The notes below the pieces were generated by a model. That model was given only the letters and a program-made list of their open reading frames with translations. It was not told the origin of the DNA and made no database searches. From an uncultured Acidobacteriota bacterium (GTDB lineage: Bacteria; Acidobacteriota; UBA6911), in NCBI GenBank assembly GCA_963773605.1, contig CAVZBT010000002.1:277088-341087 (forward strand): a DNA stretch of 64,000 nucleotides, read 5' to 3'. Both the position numbers and the translations under genes were made by a program. Positions within the stretch are counted from its first letter, which is position 1, and each line of letters starts with the position of its first letter. Shown one piece after another: positions 18,491 through 27,678 of this stretch.

Positions 18491-20285
18491 CGCACCCCGC
18501 CGCGCCGCAACCCTCGGCAGCCCCACGCGTCTTCGCGCACAACAGGCCCAGCATCAGCCAGAAGAGCAGAAATGTCGGTGTGAACTTCAGGAAGTAGTCC
18601 ACGGCCCCGTGCGATACCAGGCCGGCCAGGTAGGCAACCCCAAAGTAGCCGGCAACCCAGCCGCGCCTGGGTGCGGTGGGGGAAACGCTCGGCACCACGA
18701 CTTTGGCGGACTCCCACACGAGCCAGAGGAAAGACACCATCCCGAGGAGGCCGCTGCCGGACAGGAGCTCCAGGTACAGGCTGTTCGCCAGGATGGTCTC
18801 ATCGCCCTTGGGGACTTCCATGTATTCCCACTTGAGAATGCGGAAATTGTCAGGCCCCATGCCCAACCAGGGTCTGCTCCGGAACATCTTGAGCGCGGCC
18901 GACCACAATTCCCATCTCCCCGGAACGAACTGCCCGTTCAGATCGCGGCGCTCCTCGTCGATCAGGCCGATATAGCCGCGGGCCTGTTCAGAGAGCACTT
19001 GCGGAATGGCCGGCGAGCGGGCGGGGCCGATGACGTGGAGGATACCGGGAGAGAAGGAGTCCTTGATTTCCTCGATACCGTCGTCGCTCCGATAGTACAC
19101 AAACCAGATGAGCAGGTATTCGCCGGTCTCGCGCGGAGTGGCGAGCTGCACGGAGATTCTGGCCCTCTGGGTGGGGGGGACATCCGCGCCGAAATCCGCT
19201 CCTGCCAGCAGGGGGGACTTGCCGCTCGCTCCGAGCCTGTGCCACCGGTAACCCACCCCGTAGTCGCCGCGTCGCCAGTTGAAAGGAGAATCGTTCTGTA
19301 CCGCGATGGTTTCCTGATAGCTACGCCCGGGGGAAAGGGTTCTGACCTTGTCTGTCGCTTCGAGACCGTAGTGTGCCATGCGCCTCTGTTCGGGTGCGCT
19401 CGCCGACTGGGCCTCGAAGCGGACATGGTTTTGATACACGGCGCCTCCGGCCAGCACCGCGAGACAGGCGGCGAGCACCTGGAAGGCGTTCTTCTGCCAG
19501 GTCAGCTTACGCGCCAGCCATGTGGCGACCAGGATCGCAACCAGCGTCGCCCCCAACGCGCCCCTGGAATAGGTCAGCGCGAGAGCGACTCCCTGGACAC
19601 CCAGCATGCCCACCGAGACCGGGGGCCAGAGCGTGCGGTCCGGGCGCAGACCCGGGAGTATCGTGAGGGCCAGGGTGGCGCTCATGGACACGCCCAGAAG
19701 GCTCCCGGCCGTATTGGGGTATTCCATCGTCGAGACAAAGCGGACGTGGTTGCCGATCCAGTACTTGTTCGGCTGGAAACTGCTCACCAGGGGGGAAAGA
19801 CCGCCTAACCCGGCCATCTCGGCGAGTCCGATGAGCGCCACACAACTTCCCGACAACGCCAGGGCCAGCAGTACCGCGCGAGCCTGAGTCCGTTCCCCCT
19901 CGCGGACCGAGCCGCCGATCAGATCGGCGCCGGCCGCGCACAATACGGCGCCGAAAGCTCCTTTGACCGCAGACTTGAGCGCATTGTCCCGGAATTCGGG
20001 GGCTAGCGCCGCAGCAAGCACTTCCACAACGACGAATGTGGCGATCGCCAGGAGCACCGCCGTCGGCAGCGGCAGGATGGCCGAAAGGCGAGGTTTTCGC
20101 GAGGCTGCGGCGAAATCGGCCAGCTTCAGACAGGTCCACGATGCCATCAGCAGCAGCGCCTGGAATTTCAGGTTGGTGTAGAGATAATGATCACGAGCGC
20201 CGAAATTGAATTCGAACGGCAGCGCAAACACCAGGGCATAGAGTTGAAGTTCGCAGAATGTGCGCATCCACGCCCAACGCCTCAT
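18471..20285 (-). CDS. O-antigen ligase-like protein with an inserted periplasmic Ig-like domain
   Basis: YPNTAG, LTYSRGA, GRWELWSAA..PWLGMGPDNF, ANSLYLELL. Internal beta-rich segment (IAVQND...GVGYRW...TPRETGEYLL). Start inferred from an ATGA overlap. Confidence 0.75.
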   Translation of the reverse strand: MRRWAWMRTFCELQLYALVFALPFEFNFGARDHYLYTNLKFQALLLMASWTCLKLADFAAASRKPRLSAILPLPTAVLLAIATFVVVEVLAAALAPEFRDNALKSAVKGAFGAVLCAAGADLIGGSVREGERTQARAVLLALALSGSCVALIGLAEMAGLGGLSPLVSSFQPNKYWIGNHVRFVSTMEYPNTAGSLLGVSMSATLALTILPGLRPDRTLWPPVSVGMLGVQGVALALTYSRGALGATLVAILVATWLARKLTWQKNAFQVLAACLAVLAGGAVYQNHVRFEAQSASAPEQRRMAHYGLEATDKVRTLSPGRSYQETIAVQNDSPFNWRRGDYGVGYRWHRLGASGKSPLLAGADFGADVPPTQRARISVQLATPRETGEYLLIWFVYYRSDDGIEEIKDSFSPGILHVIGPARSPAIPQVLSEQARGYIGLIDEERRDLNGQFVPGRWELWSAALKMFRSRPWLGMGPDNFRILKWEYMEVPKGDETILANSLYLELLSGSGLLGMVSFLWLVWESAKVVVPSVSPTAPRRGWVAGYFGVAYLAGLVSHGAVDYFLKFTPTFLLFWLMLGLLCAKTRGAAEGCGAAGCDGADRL

Positions 20286-21469
20286 GGTGGGCTCCATGAG
20301 GCGAGTGAGGCTCGCGCCATCTGGTTCAGACGCTGGGCCATGCGCGAAGCGACGGATTTCCATCGCCCTGCGCCGGAGGCTTCATGCCAGGGAGAACGCA
20401 CGGAATGGAGCAGCATCCCTGCTCTCTCGGGCAGGTTTTGTGCCATATGCCAGTGAAGGAAATAGATGAGGGACCGGTCGCGCCGGTGTACGCTCATGGA
20501 GCCCGCATGCGCCAGTCCGTTTGCCGAGAGCCAGCCTGCAATGGCGGGGGAGGATGACCGCCGCAATTCATGTCTGGCTTCCACCGGCAGGCTCAGCCCC
20601 CGCAGCGCGCTGGCCAGCTCGAATGCCACGAAACAGAAAGATTGGACCCGACTCTTCTCAATTTCGTTGAGGATCAAGTCCCAGTCCAGGCCGGCGCCGC
20701 GGCGCTCGAGCAGCAGGCTCATGTCCACAAGGTGCATCAAGCGTGCGTTCGACTCCAGCAGGTTGCACGTGTAGTGAACGGCAAGGTGTACCAGAAGCTT
20801 TTCTTCCGAAGGAACGCGCAGCGGGACGCCTGAGACTGGCTCTATGCGAGCGCCGTCCCAAAGGTCAAGACGGCAGTCCATGTCAAACCCATGCCAACCC
20901 GGTTCCCAGGGCCTGGTGTGGAATTCCAGGAAGCAGGGCCGGTTCGGGTCCGAGACGTGTTCCGCATCCCAGAGGTACTCCCGGGGGCGCCAGAGCAGGC
21001 GCTGTTCCCGATCTGCGGCAAAGAAGGGAACATACTCGAGTGCGCGGGCGACCTGGAGGGCGCTTGCCCTGTCCGCCGGCCTGATCAGAAAATCAAGATC
21101 GTATAAGACTCTCAACCCCAGGTCCCCATAGTAGGCTTGGGCCAATGGCAGACCTTTTGAGACCAGCATCGGAATGCCGTTTTCAAGGAGGGCCCTGCGG
21201 AGTTCCTCGAGGATGAGCATGAGACGGCGGTTCCGCTCCGCGTTTTGGGAACTCGCTTCGGCGAAGCGGCCGGCTATGGCCTCGGGAAGTAAGGGCAGGG
21301 ATCCGGAATTGGCAAAGCGCCGGTACATGTAAGGCGCCAGACAATGATCCCGGGCGGCTATCCAGAACATCTCCCAGTCCTGCGAGTCGAGCTCCGGGAT
21401 CACGGTCGATCCCGGGCCGAGATGGTCGAGTAAAAGCCGAATTGCGGTCGAGCCACAGGGTTTTGTCAT
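20282..21469 (-). CDS. Uncharacterised nucleotidyltransferase (NTP_transf_5-like)
   Basis: SKGLPLAQAYYGDLGLRVLYDLDFLIRP, LEFH, LVHLAVH, DWD. Confidence 0.8.
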   Translation of the reverse strand: MTKPCGSTAIRLLLDHLGPGSTVIPELDSQDWEMFWIAARDHCLAPYMYRRFANSGSLPLLPEAIAGRFAEASSQNAERNRRLMLILEELRRALLENGIPMLVSKGLPLAQAYYGDLGLRVLYDLDFLIRPADRASALQVARALEYVPFFAADREQRLLWRPREYLWDAEHVSDPNRPCFLEFHTRPWEPGWHGFDMDCRLDLWDGARIEPVSGVPLRVPSEEKLLVHLAVHYTCNLLESNARLMHLVDMSLLLERRGAGLDWDLILNEIEKSRVQSFCFVAFELASALRGLSLPVEARHELRRSSSPAIAGWLSANGLAHAGSMSVHRRDRSLIYFLHWHMAQNLPERAGMLLHSVRSPWHEASGAGRWKSVASRMAQRLNQMARASLASWSPP

Positions 21470-22473
21470 CGGATCAGGCAGGCTCTCGGGTCGGCGCCGA
21501 GGAAATCCCCGAGTACGGACACGGCGGAATCCAGGTCCTCATTGTACCGGAGCACATAGGCTCCCTGCTCCGCCAGACGCGCCCACATGAGGCGGTGCTT
21601 CTGCATCACATCGCGCTGGTCCTGGAGCAAGTCTCCGGCCAGACGTTGCACCGCTCGGTCCGGATCGAGAGCCTCGCACCTCACAGGACCGGCGCGTCGA
21701 TCCAGAAAAAACAATGCGACCGGGCGACAGTGGGTCTGAACGCGACCGGGCAGGTACTCCTCCAGTTCGACTTCGGCGACCCCCTGGTCCTCGTGTTTCA
21801 GGCGAGCCACTGCGCCGCTCAATTCCGGGAAGAACCGTACGCAGTCCGGAAGAAATCGTAGCCGCCACGGTTTCCCCCAGGCCATCAGGCCGTATCCATG
21901 GTCGGCGAGGTAGACGACGTCGTCCGTAACGACGGAGAATCCGTGTCGTGCCATGGCATAGGCCAGCGTGCTTTTGCCGGACTCGGGTGGACCAGCAAAT
22001 ACAAGCCCACGGTCCCCGTGGGCCACCGCGGATGCATGGACGTATGTGTGGGTCGCCCCGGCGCCATGAGTGGCCATGGTTAACATCAGGCACTCCAGGA
22101 ACCGGCTCCGCAAGAACAGCGGGCTCCGTGCCATGTCAGGGGTGATAAACCCGACCGCGCGCCGCCGGTCGAGGTCGGCCACCGCGGTGTTTTCCCTGCC
22201 CACCGAGATGTACAGCAGGTCGCCGCGTCCCCGGACGACCGGATCGGGCCAGGGCGGCGTCTCCGTCAAAGACGGGTCGACCGCCAGGTGTATCGAGAAT
22301 TCGGCCGGCGGAGTCGCGGGGAGCGCCACACCGTAGCGGCCAAAACTGGCTCGGCAAGCCTGCAGCACATCGGGGCTGTTGCTCTGAAGGTGCAGCTTCA
22401 CGCCCAGGGGTGCAAAGTCGGCGGCAAGAGTGAGGGCGATGCCCCGCCCCAGCGGATCTCGCGCGGCTATCAA
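21466..22473 (-). CDS. HPr kinase-related P-loop kinase
   Basis: VHASAV...FAGPPESGKSTLA...VVTDD. TTG start at 22473 follows GGAGGA and overlaps the upstream TGA. Confidence 0.8.
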   Translation of the reverse strand: MIAARDPLGRGIALTLAADFAPLGVKLHLQSNSPDVLQACRASFGRYGVALPATPPAEFSIHLAVDPSLTETPPWPDPVVRGRGDLLYISVGRENTAVADLDRRRAVGFITPDMARSPLFLRSRFLECLMLTMATHGAGATHTYVHASAVAHGDRGLVFAGPPESGKSTLAYAMARHGFSVVTDDVVYLADHGYGLMAWGKPWRLRFLPDCVRFFPELSGAVARLKHEDQGVAEVELEEYLPGRVQTHCRPVALFFLDRRAGPVRCEALDPDRAVQRLAGDLLQDQRDVMQKHRLMWARLAEQGAYVLRYNEDLDSAVSVLGDFLGADPRACLIR

Positions 22474-24074
22474 TATCTCCTCCAGTTCGAGACCCGGCCC
22501 GGCAAGCAGGCGGGGACGGCGTAAATGCGCGCGATCTTGTCGCCGTTGCGTATTTCGCGCTCCGGCGGCCCCTCGACGCAACCGGAGACGATTGACCTCT
22601 CTCGTTCCCCGGTAGGGACGTAGTCCGAAAAAACCACGACGTAGTCGATGCGGTTGGCCTGCAGGAACCCTGTTACCTTCTCATCGTCCATATCACGCAG
22701 CGTTTCACCGGCGAACAGTCTGTCTTTCCCCATCCGGGAAAACACAAGCACCCGCTGGTAGTCCATTGAACCGGTTTCTGTCTGTTTGAGCAGCTGGCTT
22801 GCCCGGTGTCGCCCTGCCGCACCGCCCCATTTCTCAGAGCTCTCCAGATACCGGTCCAATTCTTCGGCCGGAATCGGCGGCGCCAGAATCAAGCCGCCCC
22901 CTTGCCTCTCGGTCAGGAAACGGGCTACGTCGTAGTCGGTCTTCAACTCCGGATCCGCGTTCGCCGCTGCAATCCGGTGAATGCCCCTGTTGAGGCTGTA
23001 CCCCCCGCCGACAAGCACCACGATGACGGCAATCGCCGGAGTAAGGACGCGGCTTGGGAAGCGCAGTCCCGAGAATGCGCCGAGGAGCCAACCGGCGCCG
23101 ATCCCGCCGTACAGGACCAGGATCGTAATGGGCACGAACGCCTCCCTTTCCGTGACCATGCGCAATGGATCCGGCTGGATGCCGTGCGCCGAAAAGACAA
23201 GTGTGATCAGGAGAAGACCGGCAAAGCCCGGAACCGCACGGAGTCGCGCATCGTCGCGTAGATTGCGGTCAAGCCACGAGCAGGCGAATCCGACGAGGGC
23301 GAGGAGGGCGACCGCAGACTCCGTCCACCAGAACGCGGTTTTCAGGACGAAGTATGGCCGGTAGAACTTCCCCCACTCGAGCCCGAGGTCCAGCACGTAG
23401 GTTCCCGGAGGGCTCAGATCGGCGTTCCAGAAAATCCAGACCGCGGGGGCCCACCCGTACAGCAGAAAGGACCAGGCCACCCGACGATGGCCGATCTTCC
23501 CGTCCGCCCCGCGACTGCGCCAGGCGTCGAAAATAGCCGCGATGAGTGCGGCAACCCAACCCTCGTATCTTGTGAAACAGGCTATCCCGAAGAACACGCT
23601 GGACAGGAGCCGGTTCCTTGTCGTTCTCGAACGAAACAGAAAATAGAATCCCCACGCGATCCCCGCAATGAGAAGCGGTTCCTGGTAGGGGACGCGCGAG
23701 TAATACAGGATGAAGGGGTGCGTCGCATAGAGCAACGCGGCGAAAAGGGCAGCGCGACGGTCCCGGGTGATCTCCCAGGTCAGGGCGTAAAGCCCGCTGC
23801 AGGAGAGTGCGGAGATGAGGGCCATGAGGGCGAATATCGCTTCGGGTCGGTGAACCCAAGACATGGTGCAGAAAATCAGCAATTGCAGCAGGGGCAGTTG
23901 ATGCCCGCTCAGGATTCTGGGGAAGCTCACCAGCCGCAGGATCGTATCCCCGCCGTAGATTATCGGGTAGCGCCGCATCAGCGCGCCGTGGACGGCGAGC
24001 AGAAGCACCACGATCAGCGCGTAATGCACGGTTGGGGAGCGAAGCTGGCTGGCAAGCCGTTCCGTGAGTTTCAA
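22470..24074 (-). CDS. GT-C fold (ArnT/GT39-like) membrane glycosyltransferase
   Basis: About 11 hydrophobic segments, GGD loop after TM1, YSRVPYQE, FTRYEG, soluble C-domain. TTG start is approximate; the longer ORF extension is REP-derived. Confidence 0.7.
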   Translation of the reverse strand: MKLTERLASQLRSPTVHYALIVVLLLAVHGALMRRYPIIYGGDTILRLVSFPRILSGHQLPLLQLLIFCTMSWVHRPEAIFALMALISALSCSGLYALTWEITRDRRAALFAALLYATHPFILYYSRVPYQEPLLIAGIAWGFYFLFRSRTTRNRLLSSVFFGIACFTRYEGWVAALIAAIFDAWRSRGADGKIGHRRVAWSFLLYGWAPAVWIFWNADLSPPGTYVLDLGLEWGKFYRPYFVLKTAFWWTESAVALLALVGFACSWLDRNLRDDARLRAVPGFAGLLLITLVFSAHGIQPDPLRMVTEREAFVPITILVLYGGIGAGWLLGAFSGLRFPSRVLTPAIAVIVVLVGGGYSLNRGIHRIAAANADPELKTDYDVARFLTERQGGGLILAPPIPAEELDRYLESSEKWGGAAGRHRASQLLKQTETGSMDYQRVLVFSRMGKDRLFAGETLRDMDDEKVTGFLQANRIDYVVVFSDYVPTGERERSIVSGCVEGPPEREIRNGDKIARIYAVPACLPGRVSNWRRY

Positions 24075-24147
24075 CTGTGCTTCCGCTGTGATGGATGTGG
24101 GAGGGTAGCATGCAGTGTACCGCCTTGCTTCGTTGCCCGCAATAGCC

Positions 24148-24478
24148 GTGGAGTGCGGTGCCTCGGCACCGCTGTCTGGGTTTCGCTGGACCGCCACGCA
24201 GCTGCGCAAGGTCGGCGCCTAGGCGCCGACCCCAAAGCGGCGTCCAGCCGCCGCACTCCAAATTGTGGAGTGCGGTGCCTCGGCACCGCTGTCTGGGTTT
24301 CGCTGGACCGCCACGCAGCTGCGCAAGGTCGGCGCCTAGGCGCCGACCCCAAAGCGGCGTCCAGCCGCCGCACTCCAAATTGTGGAGTGCGGTGCCTCGG
24401 CACCGCTGTCTGGGTTTCGCTGGACCGCCACGCAGCTGCGCAAGGTCGGCGCCCAGGCGCCGACCCCAAAGCGGCGTC
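24148..24478. repeat. Tandem array of ~2.8 x 117-bp REP family A units
   Basis: Units start at 24148, 24265 and 24382. Each full unit is bounded by TGGAGTGCGG...CCGCACTCCA and holds the 22-bp palindrome GGTCGGCGCCTAGGCGCCGACC (CCAG centre in copy 3). Confidence 0.95.
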
Positions 24479-24520
24479 TGAATCGCGGGTGAGGCGATGG
24501 GGGGCCGAACGAATCTGCCC

Positions 24521-24548
24521 TTGCGCCGGCTCGCAGCGGTGCTAACAT
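24521..24548 (+). promoter_or_regulatory. Candidate sigma70 promoter of the radical SAM operon
   Basis: TTGCGC - 16 bp - TAACAT, with an extended TGn, about 80 bp upstream of ATG 24628. Confidence 0.4.
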
Positions 24549-24627
24549 TTCACTCAGTACCGGCCTGCGCCGGAGAAGCTCGGGGCCCCCCCATTTTTCG
24601 GGCAAATTCCGATTTCGTAAGGATTGA

Positions 24628-26130
24628 ATGCGACAAAGGAAAGTCGTTTTCTTCTTTCCGGCATTCTCCAGCCTGGAAGCCACCGCGCCGTTGGGTATCC
24701 TGGCGGTTTCGACGCCACTCCTCCGTGCCGGTTACGCCGTCCGCATTGTCGATTCCACAATCACTCCGCAGTTCCAAAAGCGCGTGCTGGAAGAACTCGA
24801 GGGTGCTTTGTGCCTGGCGGTATCCCTCGTCACGGGTCCGATGATCCGGGAAACCGTGCAGATAGCCCGCGAGGCGAAGCGGCTGTATCCGAACCTCCCT
24901 GTGATTCTCGGCGGATGGCATCCGTCGCTTCTGCCTGACCAGACCCTGGCCGCCGAGTACGTCGATGTCGTAGTGGTTGGGCAGGGCGAGGAAGCGTTGC
25001 TCGATGTGGTGCAACGGCTCGAATCGGGAGAGTCCCTGGCAGGGATCCCGGGGGTGGGCTACAAACAGGGGGGCGAACTCGTCTTCAACACCCCGAGGGC
25101 GGTGAAGCCGCTCAGTTCGATGCCGCCCAAGGCCTACCACCTCGCCGACTTCGACGCATACGAGAGAGTGTGCGGACGTCGCTGGGCGATGTACATCTCG
25201 AGTCTCGCGTGCCCCTACAGCTGCTCGTATTGTACCAATGAAGGGGTATACGGGCGCATGTGGAACGGGCTCGAGGCAAACCAGGTGGTCGAGGAAATGA
25301 CGGACCTGGTTTTGCGATACCGCCTGCAATTGCTCTGGGTTGTAGACGACAATTTCCTGGTGGACCGCGAGCGCGCCGTGTCCATCGCCGAGGGGCTGGT
25401 CCGGCGGGACGTTCCGTTCGACTGGAGCATCCAGGCATCGACGAACCTGGTGAACCGTCTGGATGTGGATCAGCTGAAACTCCTTCGGCGCGCGGGACTC
25501 TCGCAGATCTGCCATGGCGCTGAATCGGCGTCGCCCAAGGTGCTCAAGTTGATGAACAAGGATTTTCAGAAGCCCGAGACCATCTACGCCGTGGCTGAAA
25601 AATGCGTCCGGGCAGGCATAAGGCCTTCATTCAACGTGATATTCGGATTCCCCGGCGAAGGCGAAAAAGAACGCCGCGAAACGATCCGATTCATCATGGA
25701 CGTCTGCCGTCACATCCCCGGCGCCGAGTTCTGGACCAATATTTTCACACCCTACCCGGGATCACCGATTGTGCGCAAGGCGGCGGAACTGGGGATCGAG
25801 CTGCCGGCGGCCTTCGAAGGGTGGGCGGATTACTTCCCCCGATACACGGTTCTTCCCTGGCTGAAGGGTCGAAAACATCGCCGCGTACAGGTCATGAGGG
25901 ACTACCTCCGGGTCGCATTTGACCGGATCCCGATTGCCGCCGACCGGACAAGTGCGGCGACGCGGTGGGTCCGTCGGGCGATCAGCGTGCCGGCGCGCTG
26001 GCGGCTCGACCATGACGTTTACGCCGTACCATTTGAGATCTGGCTGAACACCGCGATGCGGCGGGTGGCCAGCGCCCCAAAGCCCAAGGTCGATGCCCAG
26101 CGCCTTTCCGCGGAACCGGTTTCCTGTTAA
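24628..26130 (+). CDS. Cobalamin-binding radical SAM enzyme 1
   Basis: PLGILAV, GGWHPS, GQGEE, CPYSCSYC, VDDNF, GAES, PYPGS. Confidence 0.92.
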   Translation: MRQRKVVFFFPAFSSLEATAPLGILAVSTPLLRAGYAVRIVDSTITPQFQKRVLEELEGALCLAVSLVTGPMIRETVQIAREAKRLYPNLPVILGGWHPSLLPDQTLAAEYVDVVVVGQGEEALLDVVQRLESGESLAGIPGVGYKQGGELVFNTPRAVKPLSSMPPKAYHLADFDAYERVCGRRWAMYISSLACPYSCSYCTNEGVYGRMWNGLEANQVVEEMTDLVLRYRLQLLWVVDDNFLVDRERAVSIAEGLVRRDVPFDWSIQASTNLVNRLDVDQLKLLRRAGLSQICHGAESASPKVLKLMNKDFQKPETIYAVAEKCVRAGIRPSFNVIFGFPGEGEKERRETIRFIMDVCRHIPGAEFWTNIFTPYPGSPIVRKAAELGIELPAAFEGWADYFPRYTVLPWLKGRKHRRVQVMRDYLRVAFDRIPIAADRTSAATRWVRRAISVPARWRLDHDVYAVPFEIWLNTAMRRVASAPKPKVDAQRLSAEPVSC

Positions 26131-26177
26131 ACGCCGGGGTGTCGGGTGATGATGATGTCGCCCCTCAAGAGAAGTCG

Positions 26178-27677
26178 ATGAAAAAGGTCGTGCTCTTCCT
26201 GCCGCCGTACTCGGGACAACCGTTGGGGCCCCCGGCAGGCTTGTTGGCCATCGCCGCCCCTGTAATTCAGGCGGGGTATGCGGTCGACATCATTGACGCT
26301 GCAGTCGTCCGCAACCACCTCGATGCGGTGGAACGGGCGACCAGGGATTCCCTTTGTTGCGGCATATCACTCCTGACCGGCCCCATGATTCGGGCTGCCG
26401 TCGAAACGGCACGCCGCCTGAAGGAGATCCGACCACATCTGCCCCTCGTCTTCGGCGGATGGCATCCCAGCCTGTTACCCGGGCAAACCCTGCGCGAACC
26501 ATTCGTCGACGCCGTTGTCCGGAATCAAGGCGAGATTACGTTTCTGGAATTGGTGCAACGAATCGACCAGGGAAGGGATTTCAACGGGCTGGCAGGCTGC
26601 TCGTACAAACACCACGGGGAGATTCATCACAACCCTGATCGACCCGCGGCCCGTCTCAGCTCGTTGCCGACGCCGGCTTACGATCTGGTGGACTTCGATG
26701 CGTATGAAGGGGCGGACGGCGGACGCAAACTGCCCTACGCCAGCAGCGTCGGCTGCCCGTACGCGTGCAATTACTGCACGGATACGGTCTTTTACAACCG
26801 CCGCTTCAACGCCCTGAGCGCCGCACGCGTCGTGGAAGAAGTAACAACCCTGGCCGCGCGGCACCGCTTGAGCGAAGTCGCGCTGCTCGATTCCAACTTC
26901 CTGGTGGATGCGCGGCGCGCCCTGGAAATCGCCCGCGGCTTTCTCGCATCGCGCCTGGGCTTCCGATGGACTTTTCAGGCTTCGACCGACTTGCTCTGCA
27001 GGCTCTCCGACGAGGAGGTCGGCCTGCTGGGCGCAAGTGGCGTCAGGCACATCGGATTCGGGGTCGAGTCCGGTTCCGAAGAAGTGCTCTTCAAAATGAA
27101 CAAGCATCATGAACACGTCGAAGAGATGTTCGAGACCGCGCGCAAGTGCCGGCTGGCCGGCATCAGGCCCACGTTCAACCTCATCCTCGGCTTCCCGGGG
27201 GAAACGGAAGGGCACCGCCGGCAGACGCTGCTGACGATGGGCGAGATCGCCTCGAAGTACGACAACGTGACCTTCTCGCCCAATATCTTCACCCCTTACC
27301 CTGGCATCCCGATCTGGCCGGAACTCACGAAACTCGGCCTGAAGGAGCCGCAGTCCCTGGAGGAGTGGACCACGTTTGCGCTGGGCGCCAACGTCCTGCC
27401 GTGGCTGAAGGGGGAAGAGTATCGGGACGTACAGAGGAGCATGTCCTTTTTCCTGCTCAACAATGAGGTCACCAAGGCCGCCCGGCGCGCGTCCGTGCCC
27501 CGGCTGGCGCGCCTGATCCTGCGCGGTCTTCAGAAGCCCCTCCGCTGGCGCATCAAGCACCACTGCTTTCAGTGGCCGCTGGAGCTGTGGCTATTCGGGG
27601 CGCGGAACCGGCCGACCGTGCGGCGGTCGCTCCTCACCGGGCAGGGACTGGGACACAGTATGGGAGAGGCCTGTTAG
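26178..27677 (+). CDS. Cobalamin-binding radical SAM enzyme 2
   Basis: PAGLLAIA, GGWHPS, GCPYACNYC, LDSNF, GVESGS, PYPG. Confidence 0.92.
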   Translation: MKKVVLFLPPYSGQPLGPPAGLLAIAAPVIQAGYAVDIIDAAVVRNHLDAVERATRDSLCCGISLLTGPMIRAAVETARRLKEIRPHLPLVFGGWHPSLLPGQTLREPFVDAVVRNQGEITFLELVQRIDQGRDFNGLAGCSYKHHGEIHHNPDRPAARLSSLPTPAYDLVDFDAYEGADGGRKLPYASSVGCPYACNYCTDTVFYNRRFNALSAARVVEEVTTLAARHRLSEVALLDSNFLVDARRALEIARGFLASRLGFRWTFQASTDLLCRLSDEEVGLLGASGVRHIGFGVESGSEEVLFKMNKHHEHVEEMFETARKCRLAGIRPTFNLILGFPGETEGHRRQTLLTMGEIASKYDNVTFSPNIFTPYPGIPIWPELTKLGLKEPQSLEEWTTFALGANVLPWLKGEEYRDVQRSMSFFLLNNEVTKAARRASVPRLARLILRGLQKPLRWRIKHHCFQWPLELWLFGARNRPTVRRSLLTGQGLGHSMGEAC

Positions 27678-27678
27678 C

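Noticed and set aside
20282-22473. Lasso peptide gene cluster
   Set aside because: Kinase and nucleotidyltransferase are present, but no asparagine-synthetase-like cyclase, B1/B2 proteins or precursor is in the window.
24148-24478. CRISPR array
   Set aside because: Whole 117-bp units repeat with no unique spacers, there are no cas genes, and the same motif is dispersed at 1763 and 53093.
24071-24481. 39-aa repeat ORFs (e.g. LECGGWTPLWGRRLGADL...) as a multi-core RiPP precursor for the rSAM operon
   Set aside because: The repeats are open in several frames, conserved at DNA level as palindromes, lack a good ribosome-binding site and occur away from the operon. No RRE or protease is nearby. 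Ribosome profiling would settle it.
24479-24627. Cobalamin or SAM riboswitch ahead of the rSAM operon
   Set aside because: The leader is short and I see no B12-box or SAM-I core motifs by eye. An Rfam/Infernal scan would be decisive.
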